Positions 9,580 through 19,000 of a stretch of DNA of 64,000 bases are shown one piece after another. Location of the stretch: the IMG/VR virus record IMGVR_UViG_3300029288_007089, positions 8,654 through 72,653 of that record. One strand, written 5' to 3'. Origin of the DNA: a virus (lineage: Duplodnaviria; Caudoviricetes). The position numbers and the translations under genes are program-made. Positions within the stretch are counted from its first letter, which is position 1. Each line of letters opens with the position of its first letter. The notes beneath the pieces were generated by a model. That model was not told the DNA's origin. It saw nothing but the letters and a program-made list of their open reading frames with translations, and ran no database searches.

Positions 9580-9727
9580 CCCAGTTGCAGTGCCGTGCAA
9601 AGCACGGAGTTCGGTCCAAAGCCGCCGCTAGTGGCGCGTTTTGACGCGCCAGGAACGCCGGGCGTCCCGTCTGGTCTTACGCGCGGCCCCAGGCCCAGGA
9701 TGTGTGACTGCATCCTGTTCTCAAACC
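9580..9727 (-). ncRNA. tracr/omegaRNA-like scaffold fused to first repeat of array A
   Basis: Hairpin CAGGATG-CAGTCACA-CATCCTG, hairpin CCGTGC-TTT-GCACGG, anti-repeat CACTGCAAC (9584-9592) four nt from the repeat start; homologues at 46.6 and 59.8 kb show compensatory changes. Confidence 0.8.
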
Positions 9728-11149
9728 TCATTTGGTTGTTAAAGTACTGACGTTTGCGAAACTACGATGGAACTCCCGATAACCTCCCTCCCAGTCTGCC
9801 TTGCGGTACAGCGCGCGGCGCGCAATGTTCACCGCCGCGTTGTCGTCAGAGTGGCCGGCATAACCGCACGCGCCGCAAGTCACACTGCGGTCGTCGCGGT
9901 CCATGTCCGCGCCGCACTTGTGGCAGATCACCGAACTATAGGCGGCGAACACGCGCCGGAACGGGACGCCGGCCAGCTTGCACTTGTACTCCAGGATACG
10001 GTCGAGCTTGCGGAACCGGCTCACCACGCGCCCACCGCGTACCTGCACGTTGAGGTCTTCGACCACGATGCCGGCCTGCGCATTCTGCGCCGCGCCGATC
10101 AGCGTATTGGCGAGCGTGTGCAGGATGTTGTCGTAGGCCTTCTGTTTGTAGTGACGCTTGGTGATCTTCTGCCCGTTGCGCGCCAGTTGTTCGCGTTCCT
10201 TGCCGTGCTTAAGCTGAAGCGCGCGTAAGTCATCGTCGAAGTGCCCCATCTCCAGCACCGCGCCGGTCCCGTCCACGAGCGCATACGCGGCGGTGTACAG
10301 GATGCCCTTGTCGATGCCCAGGTACGCCGCCGGCTCGTAAACGTCGGGGCACTCAACCTCAAACGTGACGTGCAGCGCATAGCCGGCGTCGCGCTTCACC
10401 AGGAACGCCGCCTTCACGCGCCCCGCCCCGTCGCGGCTCGGCTGCAAGAATTTCGCCTCGTGCCAGCCGTTGCGCCCGATCTCCAACGGCACAAGAATTG
10501 CCGAGGCGCTATTGCTCTTGAATACCTCGCCGGTATCCAGGCGCACAAGATTATCTGCGCTTGCGCCGATGGGCCTTGTCAGTTCATGGCCCTTCGGTAG
10601 CAACCACAGCGCCGCGATAAGCTGGCGCTTTTGTGTGTTCCACAAAAGAGAGAAAAGGCGATTTCGTGCCGCACCATCTGCCCCGCAGAAATAGAGTGGC
10701 ATGTATTGGCCGCGCATCCGCATGAGCATGAGGTTGCGCGCTTCGTTGTAGTCGGCTTCGTCGCCGCCTACAAGAACGAAGTCATCAAGCGCATTGTCCA
10801 CCGCGTCGGGTGCGGGATCGCGCCCTACCGGAAAGCCGGTTGCGCCGGCCATGCCATCGAGCGCATAGTAAGATGCGAGGTTACCAGCCACGTCCACAAG
10901 TAGGCTGTCTTTGGCGCTGGTGTGTAGTGCGGCATTGGGGCGCGGCAGGAGCGACATTATGGCCTTGCCGTTGTACTTGTCGCGGTACATGCCCTGTTCG
11001 CGCAACAAGTCGTCATTGTCGCGCGCCCAGTCCAACATAGCTTGATATGCCAGCGTGTATTCACGCAGTGCGTGATCCATCACCGCCGTTTTATGCGCGG
11101 AGGGATTGTGGACTTTGAAAATGCAGGTTAGGTGGATAGAATTGCTCAT
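9728..11149 (-). CDS. Compact type V effector, TnpB/Cas12f-like RNA-guided nuclease (473 aa)
   Basis: RuvC-I YLGIDKG, RuvC-II IVVEDL, Zn finger CHKCG...CGACG, RuvC-III HSDDNAAVNIA; adjacent CRISPR array; start MSNSIHL at 11149. Confidence 0.88.
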   Translation of the reverse strand: MSNSIHLTCIFKVHNPSAHKTAVMDHALREYTLAYQAMLDWARDNDDLLREQGMYRDKYNGKAIMSLLPRPNAALHTSAKDSLLVDVAGNLASYYALDGMAGATGFPVGRDPAPDAVDNALDDFVLVGGDEADYNEARNLMLMRMRGQYMPLYFCGADGAARNRLFSLLWNTQKRQLIAALWLLPKGHELTRPIGASADNLVRLDTGEVFKSNSASAILVPLEIGRNGWHEAKFLQPSRDGAGRVKAAFLVKRDAGYALHVTFEVECPDVYEPAAYLGIDKGILYTAAYALVDGTGAVLEMGHFDDDLRALQLKHGKEREQLARNGQKITKRHYKQKAYDNILHTLANTLIGAAQNAQAGIVVEDLNVQVRGGRVVSRFRKLDRILEYKCKLAGVPFRRVFAAYSSVICHKCGADMDRDDRSVTCGACGYAGHSDDNAAVNIARRALYRKADWEGGYREFHRSFANVSTLTTK

Positions 11150-11265
11150 GCTCTGACTCTCGGTAGTCGGAGGGCCGGTGGGCGTTGCTGCGCCGCGACC
11201 GGCACCGCGCATTACTATAGCACAAATGGTCTGACTGCGCAAATAGATTCTGTGGTATACTCTAA

Positions 11266-11437
11266 GTGGCGGATGATCCGGCCACCCGACCGTAACCAGC
11301 CGGCGCTGAACCGGGTGTATCCCCCGCATAAATCCACACCATCAACGAACTGCGATGGGAGCAAATCGCCTTAGTGGTGACGGGGGCCTCCGCTATATGA
11401 TGGGCACCATCAATGTAGATGGTGCCCATTCTTTTTT
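11266..11437 (+). ncRNA. Putative structured small RNA divergent from the type V gene, ending in an intrinsic terminator
   Basis: TGGTATACT -10-like box near 11254, nested complementary segments, terminator 11400-11437. Confidence 0.4.
11400..11437 (+). terminator. Intrinsic terminator
   Basis: ATGGGCACCATC-aatgta-GATGGTGCCCAT followed by TCTTTTTT. Confidence 0.8.
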
Positions 11438-11438
11438 G

Positions 11439-11795
11439 CTATCCCTTCACCGGCAGGATAAAGCTCACCCCGCTCGCCTGCGCGATGCTGCTCTTGATCT
11501 TCACGTACCGGTATGGCGCGATGCAACTCAGGTCGTCGCCGGTCAGCGCAAATGTGCCGCTCACCGGGCCAAAGCTCTTATCGTCGCCGTCGGTGTTCTT
11601 CACGTCAACGTAAGTGCCGCCGCCGGCGTCCGGCAAGTGCGACACCTGAAACGTGATCGTGCCGTTGGTGAACGACGTGGCGGCGATGAGGCCGAGCACG
11701 CCGTACTCGCCGGTGTCGATCTCACTGGACAGCGTGCCGCCGGGCAGGATCGTGCCGTTCAGCACCGCCGGGCGGTGTCCGATGATGCGCGTCAT
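11439..11795 (-). CDS. Virion structural protein (capsid-associated, putative)
   Basis: 118 aa, beta-rich composition, GGAGG RBS, downstream of capsid and decoration genes. Confidence 0.55.
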   Translation of the reverse strand: MTRIIGHRPAVLNGTILPGGTLSSEIDTGEYGVLGLIAATSFTNGTITFQVSHLPDAGGGTYVDVKNTDGDDKSFGPVSGTFALTGDDLSCIAPYRYVKIKSSIAQASGVSFILPVKG

Positions 11796-11850
11796 AGGTC
11801 AACCTCCTGTGTGGTGGGGGGCAGGACTTGCGCCCCGCCCCCGCGAACGG

Positions 11851-12270
11851 TTAGAGGTCAACCGATTCGAGTAGCACGAAGAGCAGCGCGTTGGCGTCGC
11901 GCGAGGTCGGGTCAACCGTATCCTCAACCTGATAGATCAACCCCACCACGTCGCCGGCGTTGAACGTGTAGTTCGCGCGCCGCGCCTCGAAGTGCTCCGA
12001 GTTTTTGCCCGCGTTCAGGTGCAGCACCGCCGTCGAGAAGGACGGCGCGAGCGAGCCGTTGATGGTCGGCTGGAAGGTGAGCGTCCCGGTCGTCAGCGAC
12101 CCGTTGAGCGTACCGCTGAAACCAAAGATACTGCCCGCCGCCGGCATCACGTACTCGTTCGTGCTATCCTCCAGCGCAAAGAACGTGCCGTTCGCGTTGG
12201 CGATGTTCGTCTTGCCGAACGGGAGCGCCATCGGCAGATGCTTGGGCGCGCCTGGGAATTGTGCAGTCAT
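11851..12270 (-). CDS. Head decoration/cement protein (putative)
   Basis: 139 aa immediately after the major capsid gene, strong GGAGG RBS. Confidence 0.55.
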   Translation of the reverse strand: MTAQFPGAPKHLPMALPFGKTNIANANGTFFALEDSTNEYVMPAAGSIFGFSGTLNGSLTTGTLTFQPTINGSLAPSFSTAVLHLNAGKNSEHFEARRANYTFNAGDVVGLIYQVEDTVDPTSRDANALLFVLLESVDL

Positions 12271-12293
12271 TTCAGCACCTCCTTAGTGCGCCG

Positions 12294-15038
12294 CTACGAG
12301 ACTTTGATGTAGTAGAGCAGCGATGCGCAGTCCGTGTCGAAGTTCTCGAACGCGAAGCGGCTGGTCATGGTCAGGATGTACAGGTCGTCGCGCGCGAAGA
12401 ACTCCACCGTGCTCGTGACCTGCCGGCGGTAGCCGAGCTTCCACGAGGGCTTGTGCGCAATGACGATCTGGCCGTACAGGTTGTCGCCGCTGGTGTCGTT
12501 GACGTAGCCGCTCGTGTCACCCAGCGCCAGTTCCTGCGTCTGCTTGACCTCCACGCCGTCGATGGTGGGCACCACGCCCGTCGTCACGGTGCTGCCCTGG
12601 CCGTTGATCGACCACGCCAGCAGTTCGTCAATGCCGAGCAGTTTTCCGTAGGTTTCGGGGTCGCAGAACATCACCAGGTCGCGCGTGCGCGCGGCGTAGG
12701 CGCGGCTGAGCAGGTAGCGCGTCGCGCGGATGTTCTCCAGGTTGGGCACCGCACCCGCCATGCTCTGCTTGTTATCGGTGTTGTCCACGAGCGCCAGGTG
12801 GCGCAGGCCATCGCCGCCGCCATAAAGCACCTTGTCGTCGTCGTCAATGTCCGTGCCGTAGTAGTTGATGTTGGCGCTGCTGTTGGTGCTATCCGCGTTG
12901 AGGAGCACGTTGTCGATGGCGTCCTGCATGGCGCGCATCGCCTGCGCGCGCAGCTGCGGGATGAAGGGGATGATGCTGTCCTCGTTCATCTCGTTCGAGA
13001 AGGGCACCTGGAGGCCGAGTTTGCCGGCAGTGAACGTCACCTTCGCGACCGTCAGGCGCGACTTTGAGGTAAAGACGTTGGTTGAGTACACGGTGTCGTC
13101 GGTCGTGGTCGCCTGCCCCACCGCGTACACAATCGGATCAGTGGACTCCGCCGGGTACTCGTAAGTCGGGGCGGGCATTTCAAAAACGTCGAAGCTGGAG
13201 GCGACGACGTTTTCCAGCCGCGCCCTCTCCCACAGATCACTAGACCAAAGCGTGGGAATCCACGAGGTGTCGTAGGCAGTGTTGTTGACTTCGTTAGACT
13301 TGACGCCATTGGCCTTGATCGCGGCGTAGGTGCGCGCGTCCACGAGGTAACGGCCCTTTTCGTATTCCTGGGCCGTCTTGATCGCGAGCGCGTTGTAGAA
13401 TTCCTGGTCGGGCAGGAACTGGCGCTGCACGTCCGGGTCGAGGCCGCGCGCCGTCTTGAAGGCGCGCAGGAAGCTCATGTCCTGCGCGCTGAGCGGGTCG
13501 TACTTGGACGCGACCTGGATATTGGGCTTGCGCTCCGGCAGGCCGTTGCCGTTGCCCGTGTAGGGCTGGGCCTTCGGCTCGCCGGGCAGCGCGGCCTTGA
13601 TGCCTTCCTGCACCATGCGCTTGACCTGCGCGGTCGTGAGCGTGCCGTTGCGGTTGGCGCGCCTCGGTTTCGCCGCCTTGACCGGGGCCGGCTTCGGCTC
13701 CTCGGCTTTCGCCTCAGCCTCCGGCTCCTCGGCCTTGTATTCCTCCGGCGTCTCTTCCTCTTCGTCCTCGGCCATCAGCGCCTCGTCGTAGACCTCCTCT
13801 TCGGGCACGGCCTCGGCTTCGGGCGTCACGTCCTTGAGGACTTCGAGGATCATGTCGGGCGAAGCGCCGGCGGTCTCCATCGCTTCGATGAGCGACCCCT
13901 GATCGACTGGCTCCGCCTCCACGACAGAAAGAACAGTAGAAGGCTCTGCGCCAAGTTCTTTCATCTTGGCGATGAGCCGTTGCTGGTTGTACATGGTTTT
14001 CAACCTCCGTTGAGGTGTTGGTTTTTCCGTCACAGTTTCCGTTTTTGCCGCAAGCGGCGCGGCAGCCGTCGCTAACGCAACCGGGGGCGGGGCGGATACG
14101 CTTTCCGCCGTTGCCTCTTTAGCCTTCGCCGGCACGTGGCCCTCTGGCGTCGGCTCTTCAGGCGCGGGCGCGGGCGTCGCCGCGTCGCTTTCCAGCGCGG
14201 TAACATCGAACTTGAGTGCGTGTACCGTCGTGCGGTACGGCTCGGCGGGCGTGGGCGTCAGGCTGCCCTCGACGATAGGCCAGCGGTCAATGCGCCCGTC
14301 GCCGGCGACTTTCACCAGGTGCGGGATGCTGCCCGATGACCAGCCCAACTCGCCCCGGCGCACGGCGGCGTACACTTTCTGCGCCCACTGCGCTTTCTGC
14401 GGGTCGGGATCGTCGAGCGCAAGCTGCGCCTCGGCATAGATGCCCTTCGCGTCGGGCGTGACGCGGTAGATGTGACCCACCTCCTCGGTCTGGATATGGC
14501 CGTCCAGCCCGTGGTGGTAGAGCACCGGGCGCTCCTTGTACCAACCCAACTCGAATTCCGTGTCGGGGTGGAACCACTCGCCCTGGCTGTCTTTCTGCTG
14601 CGGGTTACCCCACACCACGAGGTAGCCGCCGATGCGCCCGTCGCCCACGTCGCTGAGCGCCTTGAGCGCGCCTCCGGCGTAGTAGGTCAGCTCGGCGGCC
14701 TTGATGCTGGCGGGGTCGGGCGCGTCGCCCTTTTCCGCCTCCGCCTTAAGCTGCGCCTCAATTGCTTCCAGCGCCTTGAGGTAGTCGTCGGGGCCGATGT
14801 AGAGCCGCCCGTCCTTAACGTGCTCAATGTGCGCCGCCCACAGCGCGCGGGTGACGCGCTCCGCCTGCGCCGCGTCCTCGTAGTACGCCTTGAGGTGATC
14901 GCGCGTCGCCTCCCAGGTCAGGCCGGCCTCTTTGCCGCCGTGCGCGTAGTACGCGCCGTAGCAGCGTTGGTTGGCCTCCTCTTCCGAGAAGCCCTTGCTG
15001 AGATATTCGCGGATGCAGTCGTGTACCCACTGCGGCAT
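12294..15038 (-). CDS. Prohead protease - scaffold - HK97-fold major capsid polyprotein
   Basis: Protease motifs GYLVVWG...DSQGEWF...LYHH...GWSSGS...VEGSLTPTPAEP; acidic linker; capsid motifs WIPTLWSSDLWERARLE, GKLGLQVPFSNEMNEDS, DAIDNVLLNAD. Confidence 0.85.
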   Translation of the reverse strand: MPQWVHDCIREYLSKGFSEEEANQRCYGAYYAHGGKEAGLTWEATRDHLKAYYEDAAQAERVTRALWAAHIEHVKDGRLYIGPDDYLKALEAIEAQLKAEAEKGDAPDPASIKAAELTYYAGGALKALSDVGDGRIGGYLVVWGNPQQKDSQGEWFHPDTEFELGWYKERPVLYHHGLDGHIQTEEVGHIYRVTPDAKGIYAEAQLALDDPDPQKAQWAQKVYAAVRRGELGWSSGSIPHLVKVAGDGRIDRWPIVEGSLTPTPAEPYRTTVHALKFDVTALESDAATPAPAPEEPTPEGHVPAKAKEATAESVSAPPPVALATAAAPLAAKTETVTEKPTPQRRLKTMYNQQRLIAKMKELGAEPSTVLSVVEAEPVDQGSLIEAMETAGASPDMILEVLKDVTPEAEAVPEEEVYDEALMAEDEEEETPEEYKAEEPEAEAKAEEPKPAPVKAAKPRRANRNGTLTTAQVKRMVQEGIKAALPGEPKAQPYTGNGNGLPERKPNIQVASKYDPLSAQDMSFLRAFKTARGLDPDVQRQFLPDQEFYNALAIKTAQEYEKGRYLVDARTYAAIKANGVKSNEVNNTAYDTSWIPTLWSSDLWERARLENVVASSFDVFEMPAPTYEYPAESTDPIVYAVGQATTTDDTVYSTNVFTSKSRLTVAKVTFTAGKLGLQVPFSNEMNEDSIIPFIPQLRAQAMRAMQDAIDNVLLNADSTNSSANINYYGTDIDDDDKVLYGGGDGLRHLALVDNTDNKQSMAGAVPNLENIRATRYLLSRAYAARTRDLVMFCDPETYGKLLGIDELLAWSINGQGSTVTTGVVPTIDGVEVKQTQELALGDTSGYVNDTSGDNLYGQIVIAHKPSWKLGYRRQVTSTVEFFARDDLYILTMTSRFAFENFDTDCASLLYYIKVS

Positions 15039-15155
15039 GGCGCTACTCCAAAACAAAAAACGCCCCGACTGGGGCGCTCTATGGCGCACACAATCGGGGC
15101 GTTTGCACAACGCACGCTTATGCGGTTTGGCGCGGCGGTTTCCCCGCCGCTGGTA

Positions 15156-15473
15156 TCAGTCTACACCACTTTCTCCGTTATGACAAGTGGCGTCGCGCGC
15201 CGGCACGCGCACATTTTCCGGGATCACCAGCGCGTCGCCGAGCAGTTCCATGACGCGCGGCGACAGCGCCTCCGCGCGCACGAGCACGCAGTTGATCGCG
15301 CCGGCGACCTGGAGCACGGGCACGTCGAAGCGCAGCCGGTCGCCGTGGTAGCGAAACGAGATGACAATGCACTCGTTGCTCAGGTCCAGCGTCAGGTATG
15401 GCGCGTTCGTCTTTGGGTCACGCCACGTCTCCAGGCGGCGCGGCTTGGCAATGGCGAGCGTGTCATTCCCCAT
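15156..15473 (-). CDS. Hypothetical protein in head module
   Basis: 106-aa ORF in the operon. Confidence 0.5.
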   Translation of the reverse strand: MGNDTLAIAKPRRLETWRDPKTNAPYLTLDLSNECIVISFRYHGDRLRFDVPVLQVAGAINCVLVRAEALSPRVMELLGDALVIPENVRVPARDATCHNGESGVD

Positions 15474-16044
15474 AGATGCTCTCGCGTACAACCCGTATCC
15501 ACTCCCGGTGCAATACCGCCGTCGCGTCCTCGGACGCCTGGTCCAGCGTTTCGCGCACCTCGTCCGGCGTCAACCAACCCGTATCCACGTGAAATTGTTG
15601 CTGCCACGAGGGGCGCGATGGATCGCCAATGACGAACGGAAAATGATCGGCGGTGTTGCTGACTTTCAATAATGCCTCGCCTGCGCGCAGCGACACCGCC
15701 TCCACGCGCCAGGCGAGGTTGACTTTCGCCGGCTTGTTGCGCCGCGCCGGAATGCCGCGCCCAAAGCCGTCGGTAGCGAAGAACGCGGCCTTCTGGCGCG
15801 AGTAGTAGCCAAAGCGCGTGTTGGCGCGCTTATTCCTGTCGGCGGGATGGCGCGAGGGCGCCCACCGGATGGGATAGCGCGGCGGTCCCGGCGCGTAGGT
15901 AAACAGGTCTTCGGTCAGGAATTTGGTGATCTCGTCGCGCGTCACGGTAAGCGCCTCACTTGCCAGCGACGGCGCTTCCGCCAACGTCTCACGGATATTC
16001 TTCAGCACGCGGTCGTCAGTTATTTCGACGTAGGCTCTGAACAT
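15463..16044 (-). CDS. Neck/tail-completion protein (HK97 gp10-like, putative)
   Basis: Position after portal; VSNTADHFPFV...WLTP pattern resembles gp10-like proteins. Confidence 0.5.
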   Translation of the reverse strand: MFRAYVEITDDRVLKNIRETLAEAPSLASEALTVTRDEITKFLTEDLFTYAPGPPRYPIRWAPSRHPADRNKRANTRFGYYSRQKAAFFATDGFGRGIPARRNKPAKVNLAWRVEAVSLRAGEALLKVSNTADHFPFVIGDPSRPSWQQQFHVDTGWLTPDEVRETLDQASEDATAVLHREWIRVVRESIYGE

Positions 16045-16045
16045 G

Positions 16046-19000
16046 CTAACCGCCTCCAAAGAGCGGAATGGCGCTCAGATCGCCGCGCGGCTCCGCGCCC
16101 GCAGGCGCGGGGATCAGGCCGCAATCGCAGTTGTCGCCGTGACATTCCAGATTGCTTTGCTTGGGCGCAACGCCCGCCTCGCGCCACTCGCGCGCGGTGT
16201 GTATCTGTCCTTCGGCGACGCGGCAGGAGGCGCAGTGCTCAATCGTGTCGCCGTAGACCCAGATGAGTAGCTGATTATCCTGCGCAAAGAGCTTGCCCAG
16301 TTCAAAGGCGTTGCCCAGGCCCTTATTGACCCACACCGCCATACGGTCGATAAATGCGCGTTGCGCCATCTTGAATTCGTCAAAGGCGCGGTTGGCGGAG
16401 GCGAGGCGCTTTTCCGCCTCTGCGCACGCTATTTCGTCACCCGTCTCGGCGCATTGCTGTTGAAAATCAAACGCCGCCTGAAACATGAAGTCGATAAACT
16501 GGCGCTGGGGGAGCATGTCGCCATACAGTTCATTAGCGAGTTTGGTCCAGTATTTTGCCTCCTCGTTGGCGCGGGCGTGTATCTCGGCGCGCGCTTCGTC
16601 GGTGAGATCGTCAGCGCTATCAACCTGCGCGCCGGCGTCGTGCATCCCGTCGATGAATCCCTGCGTCAGATAGGCGCGTATCTCGGCGCGCCCCAGGTCG
16701 CCGAACTCTTTGCGCGGCACCGCCGGCCCGCCCTCTGCGCCCGTCTGGAAAGCGCGCATCACGAGGTCCACGAGCGCAATATGGTAATCTATCTCCGTCT
16801 GCGCAAAGCTCTTGCCTGCCCAGCGGCGCGCAAACACACGCGCCTCATCCAGTGCCGCCGCGTTGTCGCCTGTCAGTTTTAGCCACATGCGCGCTACCGC
16901 CCGCACGTGCGCCGGAATGTCGCCGGCGTCGGCCTTCGCGCCGTTGAATACCCACGCGGCAAGCGCATCATCAAAAGGGAGTTCGTCAACAGCATCCTCC
17001 TTGCGCGCCTGTCGCGCCGCCGCAAACACCGCCCGCACGCCGTCCCTTCCCGCCGCCGCCGGCAATTCCGCCAGCGCCATGCGCACAACGGCCTGCGTCG
17101 CCGGCGGCGTCACGTAGCACTCGAAGTCCTGCGCGCGCCTGGTGGACTTGAGCGCCACCTTTTCCCACGCGGCAAGCTCATCCGCTACCGATTTCAGATT
17201 CCAGGTGTATTGCGGCGCGTCATCGACAAGCTGCACGATTTCGATGGGCAGGCGCACGCCGGCGACAATCGCCTCAGCGTCTACCTTGTCGAGCAACCCG
17301 TCGGCGACGTTGTATGCGAGGGTGACGTGCGGTTTCCAGTCTTCGGGCTGCGAGTAGTCCGAAACGATAAGGCCGGCGTATATCATGCGCCCCACGCACT
17401 CGGCCTGCAACGCGCGCAGGGCATCATTGGCGGCAACGCGCAGCACGAGACACGCGCCATCTTCCGTATCCCAGACCTCCAGGCGCTCCGCTGCAACCGT
17501 GGTCGGCTCCAGCGCATAATTGTCCTGAAAATCCACAAAGGGCGTCATGGCCGCGCGCGGCTGTGGTGCGGCGGCATAGCACAGCGACAGGTGCCATTCC
17601 GCCGGCGCAAGCCAGTCGGCGTCGGGGTCAACCGCAAACAGCGTCTCCCAGAGCGCGGCGAGGTCGCCGTTGTTGGCAAGGCTTACCCAGAAGCCAAAGC
17701 CGGCGTCTTTAGTCGCAACGGGCCGCGCCTTCTGCCGCTGCGTCACCCCGCGCACGACCGTCGCCGGCTTCCATTCCGCGCGCTCGCGCCCGTTGCCGTT
17801 GCCGGGAGTGAGCAGTTTCGGCTTCGGCGCGGGTAGATGCGGCGCGGTGGTTGTCGCCTGCGCCGCCACCGGCGGCGGGGCCGGCGCAAGCGGCATCTGG
17901 TCCAGTTGCGCGACCGGGATGGGCTGCCCGCCCAGATAGAGCACGTTGCCGGCCGGCAACGGCTCCAGGCCCTCGGCGTCGCGCGCCTCGTTGAGTGTGA
18001 TGAGGCCCGCGCCTAGGCGTTGCGTGGTCAACTGCGTCTGACGCAGCGCGTCCTCGGAGAGCGCCTTGATTTCGTCGAAGACGAACTCGAACTCCGCGTC
18101 GCCGCTGGCGTCAAAGAACGGCATGGCCTGCGCGTTGATGTCGGCGGCGATGTCGCGCCCATCAGGGATAACGCGGCTCTCCGCAAACCACTGCTGGTCG
18201 CGCAGCTTGTTCTCGTAAGTCACCTCCGCGCCGGTGTCCACCAGTGACAGGGGCACGCCGAACGCCGCGCAGATTTCGCGGCGCACGCTCTCGCGCAGGC
18301 CGGCGTCATCCAGTGTCGGCGCGCGCTGCACCTCGATGACGGAGACCTTGCGCTCCAGCAGCGCCGGCTTGCCCGCCTTGTCCGGCCCCTGAAACTGCGC
18401 CTTCCACGTGTCCATAAAGCGCGTCGCGTCGGCCGGTGACATGGCGTTTTCGGGCACGAGCAGGATGCCGGGCCGCGCGTCATTGGCGTAAAAGGCGCGC
18501 GTCACCCGCGCCACGTCGCGGTCAATGCCCAATTCATCCATGATGGTCAGGAAAGGCGACAGGCCGCGCAGGTCGTCGAACGGGTTGTCGGTGTGCGCGA
18601 AGATCATCTCGTGCGGGTCGAATTCGGCGTAGTTCGCGCCGCCGGGCGCGCTGTACATGAACTTACGGATGTAGCCGGTCGAGGCGTCTACCGTGACGCC
18701 CAGGTTGTTGAGCCAGTTCAGGCCGGCGGGGTAGTTGGCGCGGTTGCGCGTCTTCTCGACGAAGACCTCACCCCATAGCTTCATGCTCCACTGCCACTTG
18801 CGCAACAGCTTTTGCTCGTTGCGGCGCAGCGCGCGCGCCAGCGGGTGGTCGGGCAACTCCTCGCGACTGTCCTTGTCCACCACGCGCCAGCGCAGGCCGG
18901 CTATGGCGTCGGCGCACACATTCACCGCGCGGAAAGCCCACACCGACACGACGAGGGCATAGGCGAGGCCGGTAGCGGAATTGCTCAGGTACTGGTCGGC

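Noticed and set aside
9728-11329. Intact IS200/IS605 transposon, and the 533-aa N-terminal extension of the ORF
   Set aside because: No tnpA and no recognisable IS ends; the extension covers promoter and hairpin sequence, so the start was set at 11149
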